Source: Verrucomicrobiota bacterium
Lineage (GTDB): Bacteria; Verrucomicrobiota; Verrucomicrobiia; Opitutales; Seribacteraceae
NCBI GenBank assembly: GCA_027622665.1
Contig: JAQBYT010000004.1
Coordinates: 1-64,000 of the forward strand
DNA: 64,000 nucleotides
Direction of reading: 5' to 3'
Below are positions 38,664-50,846 of this stretch, piece after piece. A model generated the notes under the pieces. It ran no database searches, was not told the DNA's origin, and saw nothing but the letters and a program-made list of their open reading frames with translations. The position numbers and the translations under genes were made by a program. The stretch's first letter is position 1. Every line of letters begins with the position of its first letter.

Positions 38664-39304
38664 CAGCAACCGGCCTGCTTTGGCGGTATCGCCTTGTGTA
38701 TGGCCAAGGCCACTGCGGCTCCCAATATGGTGGCGAATAGGTAAAGCCAAAGGTAGTCCATGTTGCCCGCTACAAGTGCAGGCCCAAATGTGCGCGCAGG
38801 ATTCATCGACGCCCCCGTCATCGGTCCGAACAGATAGGCGTTCACCCCCACCGCCGCTCCCACCAAGAGTGCGATTCGATGGATCGAGTTCCCCACTAGG
38901 CATGGAGCTCGTAGGATCGTGAACATAAGCACGAAGGTAATGCCCACCTCGATAACGAAAGCCCCGTTCGAGGAGACATGTTCGCTCGGAAGCGTCAAGC
39001 CGGCGGCGACTTTCCCATTAAGGACATAGACCAGAATAGCTCCCGCGGTCGCTCCGAGGAATTGGGCTAGAAGGTAAGGCAGTAGGGCTTGCTTTTTCAA
39101 TTTCCCATGAAGAGTGAAAATGATTGAAACCGCTGGATTGAGATGGGCACCGGACCACTTCCCGAAGACTAGAATCATGCTCCATACGGCAAATCCGAAG
39201 GCAAGAGAGATCACGAGAACCGATGCATCCATGGCCACTGCTCCCGTTCCTGCTACCACGAGTACAAAAGTACCCAGAAACTCTGCTAATAATTTTTTTA
39301 TCAC
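38660..39304 (-). CDS. MIP/aquaporin family channel
   Basis: AEFLGTF, GAHLNPAV and GASMNPART NPA motifs; probable GTG start at 39304. Confidence 0.88.
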   Translation of the reverse strand: MIKKLLAEFLGTFVLVVAGTGAVAMDASVLVISLAFGFAVWSMILVFGKWSGAHLNPAVSIIFTLHGKLKKQALLPYLLAQFLGATAGAILVYVLNGKVAAGLTLPSEHVSSNGAFVIEVGITFVLMFTILRAPCLVGNSIHRIALLVGAAVGVNAYLFGPMTGASMNPARTFGPALVAGNMDYLWLYLFATILGAAVALAIHKAIPPKQAGCC

Positions 39305-39357
39305 TGTATCGTGGTCGTGGTCGTGATCGTGATACCCTCTCTCCCAACGAATAGAAT

Positions 39358-40131
39358 CTAATGGGCGGTCCAACCTCCGTCGACCACCAGCATGCTTCCC
39401 GTGACGTAACTGGAGGCAGAGGATGCCAAAAATATTGCGGCTCCTTGGATTTCGCGCATTTCGCCCCATCGTTCCAAGGCCGTGGCCCCCACGATGAATT
39501 TCTTGCCTTCCTCGGTATCAGCAATTGGCTTGTTCATTGGCGTCAGAAAGGGACCCGGGCAGATGGCGTTCACGGTTATGCCTTGCTTGGCCACTTCGAG
39601 TGCGAGAGCTCTCGTCATTTGAGCTACTGCTCCTTTGCTGCTCGTGTAGGGAGTACGGTTGGCTAACCCGACTAGCCCGAGAGTGCTGCATAGGTTTATG
39701 ATTCGCCCACTGCCTCTTTCCTTCATGTGGGGAAGCACGGCTCGTGAGCACAACCAGACGCCATTTACGTTTACGTCCTGCACGTATTTGAAATCTTCGA
39801 AGGACAGTTCGTCGATGGGACCGCGAATGTTCACGCCCGCATTGCTTACCAGCACGTCGATGTGACCGAATTGTTCGAGAGCCTCGGCGACCATTCCCTC
39901 GACTTCGTCTTCCTTCGTTACGTCTGCTTGAAAACCGGCGGCCTTGACCTTATGGTCCGCGGCTATCTTGGTAGCGCTCGAGTTGACCTCTTCTAGATTA
40001 CGGCTGACTAAAAAGAGGTTGGCGCCTGCTGACGCGAGTCCAGCGGCCATGGCTTGGCCCAAGCCTTTGGAGCCGCCTGTAACTAGGGCAACTTTGCCAG
40101 TTAGGTCGAATTGCTTGATTCCAGGTAACAT
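39358..40131 (-). CDS. Short-chain dehydrogenase/reductase (SDR)
   Basis: TGGSKGLG, NAG, YTSSK, VNAICPG, VDGG. Confidence 0.93.
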   Translation of the reverse strand: MLPGIKQFDLTGKVALVTGGSKGLGQAMAAGLASAGANLFLVSRNLEEVNSSATKIAADHKVKAAGFQADVTKEDEVEGMVAEALEQFGHIDVLVSNAGVNIRGPIDELSFEDFKYVQDVNVNGVWLCSRAVLPHMKERGSGRIINLCSTLGLVGLANRTPYTSSKGAVAQMTRALALEVAKQGITVNAICPGPFLTPMNKPIADTEEGKKFIVGATALERWGEMREIQGAAIFLASSASSYVTGSMLVVDGGWTAH

Positions 40132-40268
40132 GGTTACATAGAGCTTGTCGAACTAGTGGCTTGAGGCAATGAATTTTGGATCTATGCCAACTCCAAGCGA
40201 CAAGATATCGAAGCTTTCTGCATTGACCGAAAGATTGTCTCCGAATGTTAAGAGCCGGAGCCCTGAGG

Positions 40269-42497
<2,229 letters not shown>

Positions 42498-42635
42498 TTA
42501 AGGTTTAATTCTAAATGGGCTTTCCGAAAAAAAACAATGTTAGAAACAATTTTGTTTCTCCTTGTATATTGGCCGAATGGATTGAAAGCCAAATTTCCGA
42601 GGCGGCAAAAAAATGAAAATTTGTTGCAAGGTAAT

Positions 42636-44243
42636 TCAACCTTTCGGCGGACGGACCTTGTCTTGCCATTCCTTGGACATGACTTTTACATCTGAATCGT
42701 CGGCGTAGTGCTTTCGGAGTTTTTCTAGTTGGGCCTTGGTTCTCTTGATGTTTTTTGCCTGAGCCGTGTCGCCGTAAAGATTGGTCAGTTCGTCGGGATC
42801 TTTCTTTAGGTCGTAGAATTCCCATTCGTCGAACTGGTAGAATTTCATGAGCTTGTAGCGAGAAGTTCTGATGCCGTAATGCCGGGGTACCATATGAACG
42901 CTTGGGTACTCATAGTAATGGTAGTATATGCCCTTGCGCCAGTCCTTGGGTGATTCTCCCTTGAGAAGCGGGACAAGGGACTTGCCCTGCATGTCATCGG
43001 GGATGGGAGCCTTCGCCATTTCCAGGAATGTTTCTGCGTAATCGAGGTTCTGGACAAGGTGCTTGTCGCGTGAACCTGCTTTTGTAACGCCTGGCCACTT
43101 TACGACGAAGGGCATCTTGAGGGATTCATCATACATCCATCTTTTGTCGTACCAGCCGTGGTCTCCGATGTAGAAACCTTGGTCCGAGCAGTAGATGACC
43201 ACGGTGTTGTCGTCCAAATTCAGTTCCTCAAGCGTTTTCTGAAGGCGACCGAGGCTTTCGTCTACGCCTTTTACGCATCGAAGGTAGTTTTTGGCATATC
43301 GCTGAAATTTCCAGCGCACAAGATCCTTTCCCTTTAGGTTCGCCTTGTGGAAGGCGGCGTCTTTCGGGCCATACGCATCTCGCCACTTCTTTAATTGTCC
43401 TGTGCTCATGCGCTTCATGTTGAACCATGCCGAACGGTCTTGACGCTTTTGCGAGGCGGGTTGTGCATAGTCGGGTGTGAGGTCGACGAAAAGGTCGTAG
43501 TTGAGGTCCATGTGTCGATCGACTTCCAGTTCTTGGTGGCGTGCAGGGGGGGCGTTGTCTTCCCATTTGTCGAAGAGGGTGGGGGGTTCGGGGATTTCTA
43601 TGTCGTCGTAAAGTGCAAGGTGTCGTGTGGCCGGCATCCAATTACGATGGGGTGCCTTGTGCTGAACCATGAGCATGAAGGGCTTGTCGCCCTTGCGCTT
43701 GCTCTTGAGCCAATCGACGGCGAGGTCGGTGACGACATCGGTGCAATAACCGTCTATCCGACGTTTACCGTCTGGAAAAATCATGTCGGGGTTGTAGTAA
43801 AGACCTTGGCCCGGGAGGACCGCCCAGTCGTCGAAGCCTTTAGGATTACCGCGGAGGTGGCTTTTGCCGTAAATGGCTGTCTGGTAGCCAGCCTTCTGGA
43901 GGAGCTTGGGAAAAGTTTGTTGATTCCAGTCGAAGGTGTTTCCGTTGTTCATGAATCCGTTCTTGTGACTGTGCTTGCCGGTTTGGATGACGGCGCGGCT
44001 GGGACCGCAGATCGAGTTCGTACAGAAACTGTTTTCAAAGAGCATTCCCTGAGCGGCGAGTTTGTCTATGTTGGGGGTGGGGTTGACGGATTTTAGCCAA
44101 CCTTCGTAAGCGCCTATTGCGTGAGGTGCATGGTCGTCGCTAAACACGAATAAGATATTCGGACGCTTTTCGGCGGATGATGTGACTAGATGGAGTGCAA
44201 CCGAAGCAAGGATGAGAAATGTCGAAATACTTTTGGTTTTCAT
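42636..44243 (-). CDS. Sulfatase (N-acetylglucosamine-6-sulfatase-like)
   Basis: PNILFVFSDDH, NSICGPSRA, HKAPHRNW, SDQGF, WYDKRWMY, YYHYYEYP. Confidence 0.92.
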   Translation of the reverse strand: MKTKSISTFLILASVALHLVTSSAEKRPNILFVFSDDHAPHAIGAYEGWLKSVNPTPNIDKLAAQGMLFENSFCTNSICGPSRAVIQTGKHSHKNGFMNNGNTFDWNQQTFPKLLQKAGYQTAIYGKSHLRGNPKGFDDWAVLPGQGLYYNPDMIFPDGKRRIDGYCTDVVTDLAVDWLKSKRKGDKPFMLMVQHKAPHRNWMPATRHLALYDDIEIPEPPTLFDKWEDNAPPARHQELEVDRHMDLNYDLFVDLTPDYAQPASQKRQDRSAWFNMKRMSTGQLKKWRDAYGPKDAAFHKANLKGKDLVRWKFQRYAKNYLRCVKGVDESLGRLQKTLEELNLDDNTVVIYCSDQGFYIGDHGWYDKRWMYDESLKMPFVVKWPGVTKAGSRDKHLVQNLDYAETFLEMAKAPIPDDMQGKSLVPLLKGESPKDWRKGIYYHYYEYPSVHMVPRHYGIRTSRYKLMKFYQFDEWEFYDLKKDPDELTNLYGDTAQAKNIKRTKAQLEKLRKHYADDSDVKVMSKEWQDKVRPPKG

Positions 44244-44411
44244 ATCACTTGAAATGTAAAGAATGTTCCTTTTCTGCGAGCCTTATTTACTGGGACGTTT
44301 TCATTGGTCGTGATCGACATAGGCTTAACGTCCTCCCTGTTTTTTATAAAAAACATTTGTGTTCTCTATTGCATGTTTAATTAATTCCCTTCGGTATCAC
44401 ACCTTTTCGTT

Positions 44412-46004
44412 ATGAACCTATCATCATTCCTCTGTTCCTCCGCCCTACTTGCAGTAGCTGGGTTGCAAGTTAACGCCCAAAAGCCTCCCAAAGGTTTTGA
44501 AAAGATCGATCAAGAGATCGTCATAAGCACTATGGAAGCTCAAATGAAATACGACGTTCGCAGTTTCAGCGTTAAGCCGAACGCCAACGTTAAGCTTGTT
44601 TTCAAGAACCCGGACGCACTTCCTCACAACCTCATCATTTGCACTCCGGGCAAAAAGAAAGGCGGCGACAGGGGCCGGGAGGTCGTGGACGCCGTCTTGA
44701 AACTAGGCGACAAGGGAGTTGAGCAGAACTGGGAACCCAAGGGGCATCCTCGCATCCTCGTGAGTTCCGGTATGGTTCAGCCGAAAAAGGAAGTGATCCT
44801 CTATTTCAAGGCTCCAAAAAAAGAGGGTGATTATCCCTACATCTGTACTTTCCCCGGTCATTTTCAGCTGATGAACGGCGTTATGGGAGTCTCTCGCTTG
44901 GCCAACCCCATCACCAACCTGACTTACAAGTTTTTTCATGGCGGCTGGGATAAAATGCCCGATTTCTCAAAGATGGAACCAAAGAAAACAGGTGTTCTTG
45001 CCAGTGGTCTCTTTGATATCTCGCCCCGGGACAAGGGGGATGATTTCGGTTTCGTCTTTACTGGAGAAATCGAATGCCCGAAGGACGGGAAATACACTTT
45101 CGTCACTTCTTCGGATGACGGTTCCCAGTTGCTCATTGATGGCAAACTCGTCGTGGACAACGATGGTGTTCATGGTGTTCAGAGTCGTTCCGGTTCCGTT
45201 ACGCTCAAGAAAGGTAAGCGATCCATCGAGGTGCGTTTCTTCGAGAAGAGCGGGGGAGAGGAGTTGTCCGTAGGTTGGTCAGGTCCCGGGATCAAGAACC
45301 AAGCCCTCTCAAAGAGTTCTCCCGGCGGAGGAGGCGAGGAAGCTATTGGACTACTTGTCGAACCTCCCGAAGGCGAAGCCTCCGTTTATCGTAATTTCAT
45401 AAATGGCGCAGGTCCCAGAGCCATTGGGGTGGGCTATCACGAAGGTGTGAACCTTGCTTTTGATGCAAACAACCTACGCCTAGCCATGATCTGGCAAGGC
45501 GACTTTATCGACGGAGCTCGACACTGGAAGGGTCGCGGGGCTGGTTATCAACCTCCGGCGGGAGAGGCTGTGATCAAGTTCCCGGAGGGTGTTGCCTTCG
45601 CTACTTTGGAAAGCTCTGACACGGCTTGGCCTAAAGCCGAATATCGAACAAAGGATTTCCGCTTTCGCGGGTACGTGCTAGATAAAAGTCAGCGTCCGAC
45701 CTTCAAGTACGAGCGCGGAGGAGTTGCCATTGAAGATACTCCTCTTCCAGTTTCTGGGGCTGAAGGTGAGTTCGGGCAAATCAAGCGCGTCATCAAACTG
45801 AAAGCCAAGGATGCACCGGCCAATCTCTACTTCCGCATCGCACAAGGTGGTTTTGAGAAAAAGGGCGACACTTTTCAAAGCAGCGAACTTTCCGTCACCG
45901 TGAAAGGAGCGAATCCTTCCGTTCAAGCCGGCGATCTCCGAGTTCCCATTAGCTTCAAGGGTGGAACCGCAGAATTCGAAGTCACCTACGCTTGGGCCAA
46001 CTGA
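44412..46004 (+). CDS. Secreted azurin/auracyanin-like cupredoxin fused to a PA14 domain
   Basis: PHNLII..YICTFPGHFQLM type-1 copper ligands; SDDGSQLLIDGKLVVDNDGVHG PA14 motif; C-terminal LAFDANNLRLAMIWQG region. Confidence 0.85.
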   Translation: MNLSSFLCSSALLAVAGLQVNAQKPPKGFEKIDQEIVISTMEAQMKYDVRSFSVKPNANVKLVFKNPDALPHNLIICTPGKKKGGDRGREVVDAVLKLGDKGVEQNWEPKGHPRILVSSGMVQPKKEVILYFKAPKKEGDYPYICTFPGHFQLMNGVMGVSRLANPITNLTYKFFHGGWDKMPDFSKMEPKKTGVLASGLFDISPRDKGDDFGFVFTGEIECPKDGKYTFVTSSDDGSQLLIDGKLVVDNDGVHGVQSRSGSVTLKKGKRSIEVRFFEKSGGEELSVGWSGPGIKNQALSKSSPGGGGEEAIGLLVEPPEGEASVYRNFINGAGPRAIGVGYHEGVNLAFDANNLRLAMIWQGDFIDGARHWKGRGAGYQPPAGEAVIKFPEGVAFATLESSDTAWPKAEYRTKDFRFRGYVLDKSQRPTFKYERGGVAIEDTPLPVSGAEGEFGQIKRVIKLKAKDAPANLYFRIAQGGFEKKGDTFQSSELSVTVKGANPSVQAGDLRVPISFKGGTAEFEVTYAWAN

Positions 46005-46038
46005 TTTGCTCCAACTCTTAATTTTAAATAAAGTGATT

Positions 46039-47514
46039 ATGATGAAGAAGTCGCCTGTGTTTTCGGCTGTTCTAGCCTCGATGCTTTCCATCTCTGTTTC
46101 TTTCGCCCAGCCTGTGGAATCGGACTATTATCCCATCACGACAATTCCGTTGCCCGAGGGCGAAGTGATAGAAGTGAGCGGTATCGACATATTGCCCGGA
46201 AATAAGGTGGCCATCGCTTCACGCCGTGGTGACATCTTTGTCGGGGAGGATCTTTTCGGGGAAGACCCCGAACCCAAATGGAGCCTCTTCGCTCGAGGTC
46301 TGCACGAAGTGCTCGGCATAGCCTGGAAGGACGGTTGGCTCTACCTTACGCAGCGTCCCGAGGTTTCCCGTATCAAGGACAGCGATGGCGATGGCCGAGC
46401 CGACGTATTCGAGACTCTTGGAGACGGGTGGGGCATCAATGGCGACTACCACGAGTACGCTTTTGGCACGCGTCACGACAAGGATGGTAATATTTGGGTA
46501 GTCCTTTGCCTCACGGGCTCCGGCGGAGCCGATGACAAGAGCCCCTTTCGCGGTTGGTGCATGCGGGTAACTCCTGATGGCAAGACGATTCCAACCGGTT
46601 ATGGCATCCGTTCTCCCGGCGGCATAGGCTTCAATCACCTTGGCGATGTTTTCTATTGCGATAACCAAGGACTCTGGAACGGTTCCAGTTCCCTCAAGCA
46701 TCTTCGCCCCGGGGGATTTCAAGGTAATCCAACCGGCAACAAGTACTTCGCCCTCACCGATGCGCTCGGGCCCAAGCCACCCGACCCAAAGGACGGAAGC
46801 CGGATTGAGGTCGAACGATCAAAAGTGCCCGACCTTGTACCTCCTCCCATAGTTCTTCCCCACGGCAAGATGGGCAATTCGCCTGCCGGTATCGAGTGTG
46901 ATGAAACGGGTGGGAAGTTCGGCCCCTTCGCCAACCAACTCTTCGTTTCCGAACAGACCCACTCAAAGGTACATCGGGTGTTCCTTGAAAAGGTTAATGG
47001 CTTTTACCAAGGAGCGGCTTTCCCTTTTCTCAAAGGATTTGGATCGGGCAATATCGTCGCCAGATTCGCTGTGGACGGTAGCATGTTCACTGGTGGAACC
47101 AATCGTGGATGGGGTTCGCATGGCAAGAATCCCTTTTCTTTCCAGCGTGTGAATTGGACGGGTAAAGTTCCTTTCGAAGTACACGAAATGCGAGCCAAGG
47201 CAGATGGCTTTGAACTAACTTTTACACAAGCTGCAGATCCTGTATCTCTTGAGAAGATCTCTTCCTACACAATGGAAGCTTATACCTATATCTATAAGAG
47301 TGGTTACGGAAGCCCTGTGGTGGACAAGACCATACCTTCAATTAAAAAGGCAGTGTCCGGCAAAGATGGCAAAAGCGTAAGGATTCACATAGAGGGCCTC
47401 GTCAAGGGTAACGTCCACGAATTGAAGATGCCCGGCATTCGTCTTAAGGGCTCGGAGCAACCTCTCCTTCATGACGTAGCCTATTACACCCTGAACGAAA
47501 TCCCCAAAGGCTGA
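46039..47514 (+). CDS. Secreted glucose/sorbosone dehydrogenase-like beta-propeller protein
   Basis: Signal peptide; ASRRGD, GLHEVLG, DSDGDGRAD, YHEYAFG, GIRSPGG, DNQG, GGTNRGW. Confidence 0.75.
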   Translation: MMKKSPVFSAVLASMLSISVSFAQPVESDYYPITTIPLPEGEVIEVSGIDILPGNKVAIASRRGDIFVGEDLFGEDPEPKWSLFARGLHEVLGIAWKDGWLYLTQRPEVSRIKDSDGDGRADVFETLGDGWGINGDYHEYAFGTRHDKDGNIWVVLCLTGSGGADDKSPFRGWCMRVTPDGKTIPTGYGIRSPGGIGFNHLGDVFYCDNQGLWNGSSSLKHLRPGGFQGNPTGNKYFALTDALGPKPPDPKDGSRIEVERSKVPDLVPPPIVLPHGKMGNSPAGIECDETGGKFGPFANQLFVSEQTHSKVHRVFLEKVNGFYQGAAFPFLKGFGSGNIVARFAVDGSMFTGGTNRGWGSHGKNPFSFQRVNWTGKVPFEVHEMRAKADGFELTFTQAADPVSLEKISSYTMEAYTYIYKSGYGSPVVDKTIPSIKKAVSGKDGKSVRIHIEGLVKGNVHELKMPGIRLKGSEQPLLHDVAYYTLNEIPKG

Positions 47515-47553
47515 ATCGCCAAGATTCTAGAATTCTGCTTTTAGCTGATTAAT

Positions 47554-48915
47554 ATGAAGATTAAATTGGTGTTGATCGGCCTTATGGCTTTTGTGTCTGC
47601 GTGTTTTCTTGTTGCAGCGAAAAAATCGCCCAACGTCGTTCTTATCCTGTCCGATGACCAATCTTGGACCGATTATGGATTTATGGGACATGATGCGATC
47701 GCGACTCCTCATCTTGATAAATTAGCCAAGGAAAGCGTCCTCTTCCGTCGCGGTTACGTGCCCACTGCTCTATGTCGCCCCTCTCTTGCCACTTTGATTA
47801 CGGGACACTTTGCCCATCGTCACGGCGTAACGGGCAACGATCCTTCTCCTAAGTATGCCGACCGAAATTCCAAACTCTACACTGAGCGTAGAGCGAAGCT
47901 GATTTCATACCTCGATAAGTTCGACACGATGCCGGATTTGCTTGGTAAACAAGGCTACCTCAGCCATCAAAGCGGAAAGTGGTGGGAGGGTTCCTTCGCT
48001 CACGGTGGCTTTACTCATGGGATGACTCGAGGTTTCCCAAAACCCGGTGGTCGACATGGCGACGACGGTCTCAAGATAGGTCGCTCGGGAATGGAACCGA
48101 TAGAGACTTTCGTCGATCATGCGGTGTCCAAAGACAAGCCCTTCTTCCTTTGGTATGCTCCATTTCTTCCGCACACTCCTCACAATCCGCCAACCCGTTT
48201 ATTTGCCAAGTACCGCAAAGATGGTCGCCCGGTTAGTATCGCAAAGTACTATGCCATGTGCGATTGGTTTGACGAAACCTGTGGGCAACTCATCAATTAC
48301 CTTGAAAAGAAGAAAGTTCGGGACGACACCCTCATCGTTTACGTCACCGATAACGGTTGGATACAAAATCCCGCTCGTAACGGGTACGCTCCTCGCTCCA
48401 AGCAAACTCCCTACGAAGGCGGAATTCGCACCCCGATCATGTTTTCTTGGCCTAACGGTGGTATCAAGCCCGCGGACCGCCCCGAATTAGTCTCAAGCAT
48501 CGACATCGTTCCGACTATTCTTGCCGCCGCAAATGCCACCATTCCCGGAGATCTGCCCGGATTGAACCTTCTCGGTAACTTGCAGAAAAATTCACCCATC
48601 GAGCGCAAGGGGGTTTTCGGAGAAAGTTTCGCTCATGATATCGCCGATGTGGAGAAACCGGAAGCCTCGCTTCTTTTCCGTTGGCGGATAGAGGGCAAAT
48701 GGAAGCTTCTTTTAACTTACGATGGCGAAGTGAATCGGTATAAGAGCACACACCCTCGAACCGAGAAGCGTCCACAACTTTTCGACCTGTCCAAGGATCC
48801 CCATGAAAATAACAATCTTGCAGGCAAGCACCCCGAGGTCGTCGCCGATCTCGCTGCCAAGATTGCCGCATGGTGGCCGGTCAAGGAACGAAAGTTCATT
48901 ACCAAATACAATTGA
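47554..48915 (+). CDS. Sulfatase with variant CRPSL signature
   Basis: PNVVLILSDDQ, LCRPSLATLITG, GKWW, PHTPH, DNGW. Confidence 0.88.
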   Translation: MKIKLVLIGLMAFVSACFLVAAKKSPNVVLILSDDQSWTDYGFMGHDAIATPHLDKLAKESVLFRRGYVPTALCRPSLATLITGHFAHRHGVTGNDPSPKYADRNSKLYTERRAKLISYLDKFDTMPDLLGKQGYLSHQSGKWWEGSFAHGGFTHGMTRGFPKPGGRHGDDGLKIGRSGMEPIETFVDHAVSKDKPFFLWYAPFLPHTPHNPPTRLFAKYRKDGRPVSIAKYYAMCDWFDETCGQLINYLEKKKVRDDTLIVYVTDNGWIQNPARNGYAPRSKQTPYEGGIRTPIMFSWPNGGIKPADRPELVSSIDIVPTILAAANATIPGDLPGLNLLGNLQKNSPIERKGVFGESFAHDIADVEKPEASLLFRWRIEGKWKLLLTYDGEVNRYKSTHPRTEKRPQLFDLSKDPHENNNLAGKHPEVVADLAAKIAAWWPVKERKFITKYN

Positions 48916-48957
48916 TAGCGTAACCGGACTCCTAGTTTAAACCACTAATGGTTCAAC

Positions 48958-48981
48958 CCGATTTTGAGAGTCGGTTTTTTT
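48958..48981 (+). terminator. Putative Rho-independent terminator
   Basis: ccgatt-ttgag-agtcgg hairpin followed by a T7 run, between convergent genes. Confidence 0.5.
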
Positions 48982-48985
48982 CGGC

Positions 48986-50095
48986 TCAATCCCCCAGAAA
49001 CAAAGGTCTCAAAGGTTGCCCGGCAAGTAATTTGCGGCGGATTTCGTCGTGATGCGCCCTGTAATAGTAGAAGGACACTTTCTGTGAGTGGTGGCCCAAG
49101 CAAAATTGGAAGTAGATTCTTTCGACACTTGAGGAAGTGTTGGATTTTGGCCAATTTGCATCTCGAATTGCCAATGGGTTAACCACGAATGAAATTTCTT
49201 CATTGGGTTTTAGTTCCACGGCTTCCGTCGGATAGGAAATTCCCTTAGATCCAGGCAACTTGAAAGCCTTTCCTTTTATAATCACAACGAGGCTTTCCTT
49301 CCAGAGTATCCGTTTATCCGTCCTTCGGAGCACGGGAAGTGTGACAGGTTGGTCGGTGAAGTTTGAAACAGTTAGGCGTATTTCACCATCCCCATCCCTA
49401 TTGAGGTTAGTCACGAAAACCGAGGGTACCTTGGTAATCGCCATAGTTGCCTTTTCGTTCCACTCAAACGACGGTCGACCAGTCCTGCTACACGAGAAGG
49501 AACCTTCTTTCGGCACGACCTTCTTAGGCCATTTGTATTGCAACTTTGCCCATGGCGAAAGAATTTCTCCTTCTTCGGCTATCCATCCATAAGGCAAGGT
49601 ACACTCGAACCTGACTTCTTTTTCTCTAGCATCACTGATCGGTTCCCATCCCAGAAACCGGAAAGTAGTTCCCTCTTTCGCTAATGCGACGAAACTCCTC
49701 GTCTGATTTAGGTCTTCCGGGAACACAGGCTCTTGCTGTTGCCTTATACTGTATCGGATCTGAACGAGTTTGCCTGAACCTTTCCCTCCCTTTTCCTCAA
49801 TTGCCTTTGGCGCGACGACAATATTCAAGGGCTCTTGGTTTTGTGGAGCTTGCGGAACTTTGTTCTTGGTCAGTTCTCCTTTTAAGAGTTCCTCGACTTT
49901 TACCTCCAGGTTGTAACTGAAGATTGTCGGTTTCACTCCAACAATAGGTTTGCTCCGTATTTTTTTAATTTCCCCAATGACCACTATGTCCTGTACCGTC
50001 CAATTAATAGAGGGCGGAGGTGATTTCATTTCCTGTCCGAATACTGTGGACAGGCCCAAGAGGAGAAGGGTCGTCGAAAGGGAAGTCGCTTTCAT
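48986..50095 (-). CDS. Secreted hypothetical protein
   Basis: 369-aa ORF with a signal peptide; overlaps the upstream GDSL gene stop. Confidence 0.7.
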   Translation of the reverse strand: MKATSLSTTLLLLGLSTVFGQEMKSPPPSINWTVQDIVVIGEIKKIRSKPIVGVKPTIFSYNLEVKVEELLKGELTKNKVPQAPQNQEPLNIVVAPKAIEEKGGKGSGKLVQIRYSIRQQQEPVFPEDLNQTRSFVALAKEGTTFRFLGWEPISDAREKEVRFECTLPYGWIAEEGEILSPWAKLQYKWPKKVVPKEGSFSCSRTGRPSFEWNEKATMAITKVPSVFVTNLNRDGDGEIRLTVSNFTDQPVTLPVLRRTDKRILWKESLVVIIKGKAFKLPGSKGISYPTEAVELKPNEEISFVVNPLAIRDANWPKSNTSSSVERIYFQFCLGHHSQKVSFYYYRAHHDEIRRKLLAGQPLRPLFLGD

Positions 50096-50796
50096 TCGCC
50101 CATCATGCTCACTACCTTCTCTTCAATCGATTCCGCCCAGATAGCATATCCCTTTTCACTCAGGTGAAGCAGGTCGGGCATGATTTTTCGAGTAAGTGTC
50201 CCGTCCTTTTCAAGAAACTTTGGGCCGATGTCGAGATAGTGAACTTGTTTACCGTCTGCCAGTTTCTTGAAAATGGCGTTGGCCTTCTCGTTTACCTTGC
50301 GTCGAGCGTCGTCCTTGTTGGCGCCCCGTGGGAAAATGGCGAGCAGTAATACCTGTGTCTTGGGCAGTTTCGTTTGCAGTTGTCTGGTGATGGCGGCGAC
50401 TCCGTCCGCGATTTCCTCGGACTTATTGCTTCCCGCGTTGTTGGTGCCGATCATCACCACTGCTGCCTTTGGAGCAATTCCTTTTAAATTGTCATTGTCT
50501 AAGCGCCAGATGACGTGCTGAGTGCGATCGCCGCCAATGCCTAGGTTTACCGCGTTGCGTTTTCCATAGTGCTTTTCCCAGACTTTTTTCCCACGGCCTT
50601 CCCAGCCTTGGGTAATCGAGTCACCGATTAGTATTAGATCTACCTTCCCCTCGGCCACTCGTTTGTTAAAAGACTCGTGCCTTTTCATCCAACCACCCTG
50701 ACGCGGTACGGGTTTGAGTGCGGAGTGAAGGTCCTTCTGCTCTGCAAATAGAGAGCCGGCAAAAAAGAAAGGTAGAGAAAATAGCAAAATTTTCAT
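50092..50796 (-). CDS. GDSL/SGNH hydrolase (PAF-acetylhydrolase IB-like)
   Basis: IGDSITQGW, NLGIGGDRT, MIGTNN, PDLLHL. Confidence 0.9.
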   Translation of the reverse strand: MKILLFSLPFFFAGSLFAEQKDLHSALKPVPRQGGWMKRHESFNKRVAEGKVDLILIGDSITQGWEGRGKKVWEKHYGKRNAVNLGIGGDRTQHVIWRLDNDNLKGIAPKAAVVMIGTNNAGSNKSEEIADGVAAITRQLQTKLPKTQVLLLAIFPRGANKDDARRKVNEKANAIFKKLADGKQVHYLDIGPKFLEKDGTLTRKIMPDLLHLSEKGYAIWAESIEEKVVSMMGE

Positions 50797-50846
50797 TTGA
50801 GAAGTCTTAGGGCTGTATAGGATAGACTGCAATGCCTTGGTTTTAC

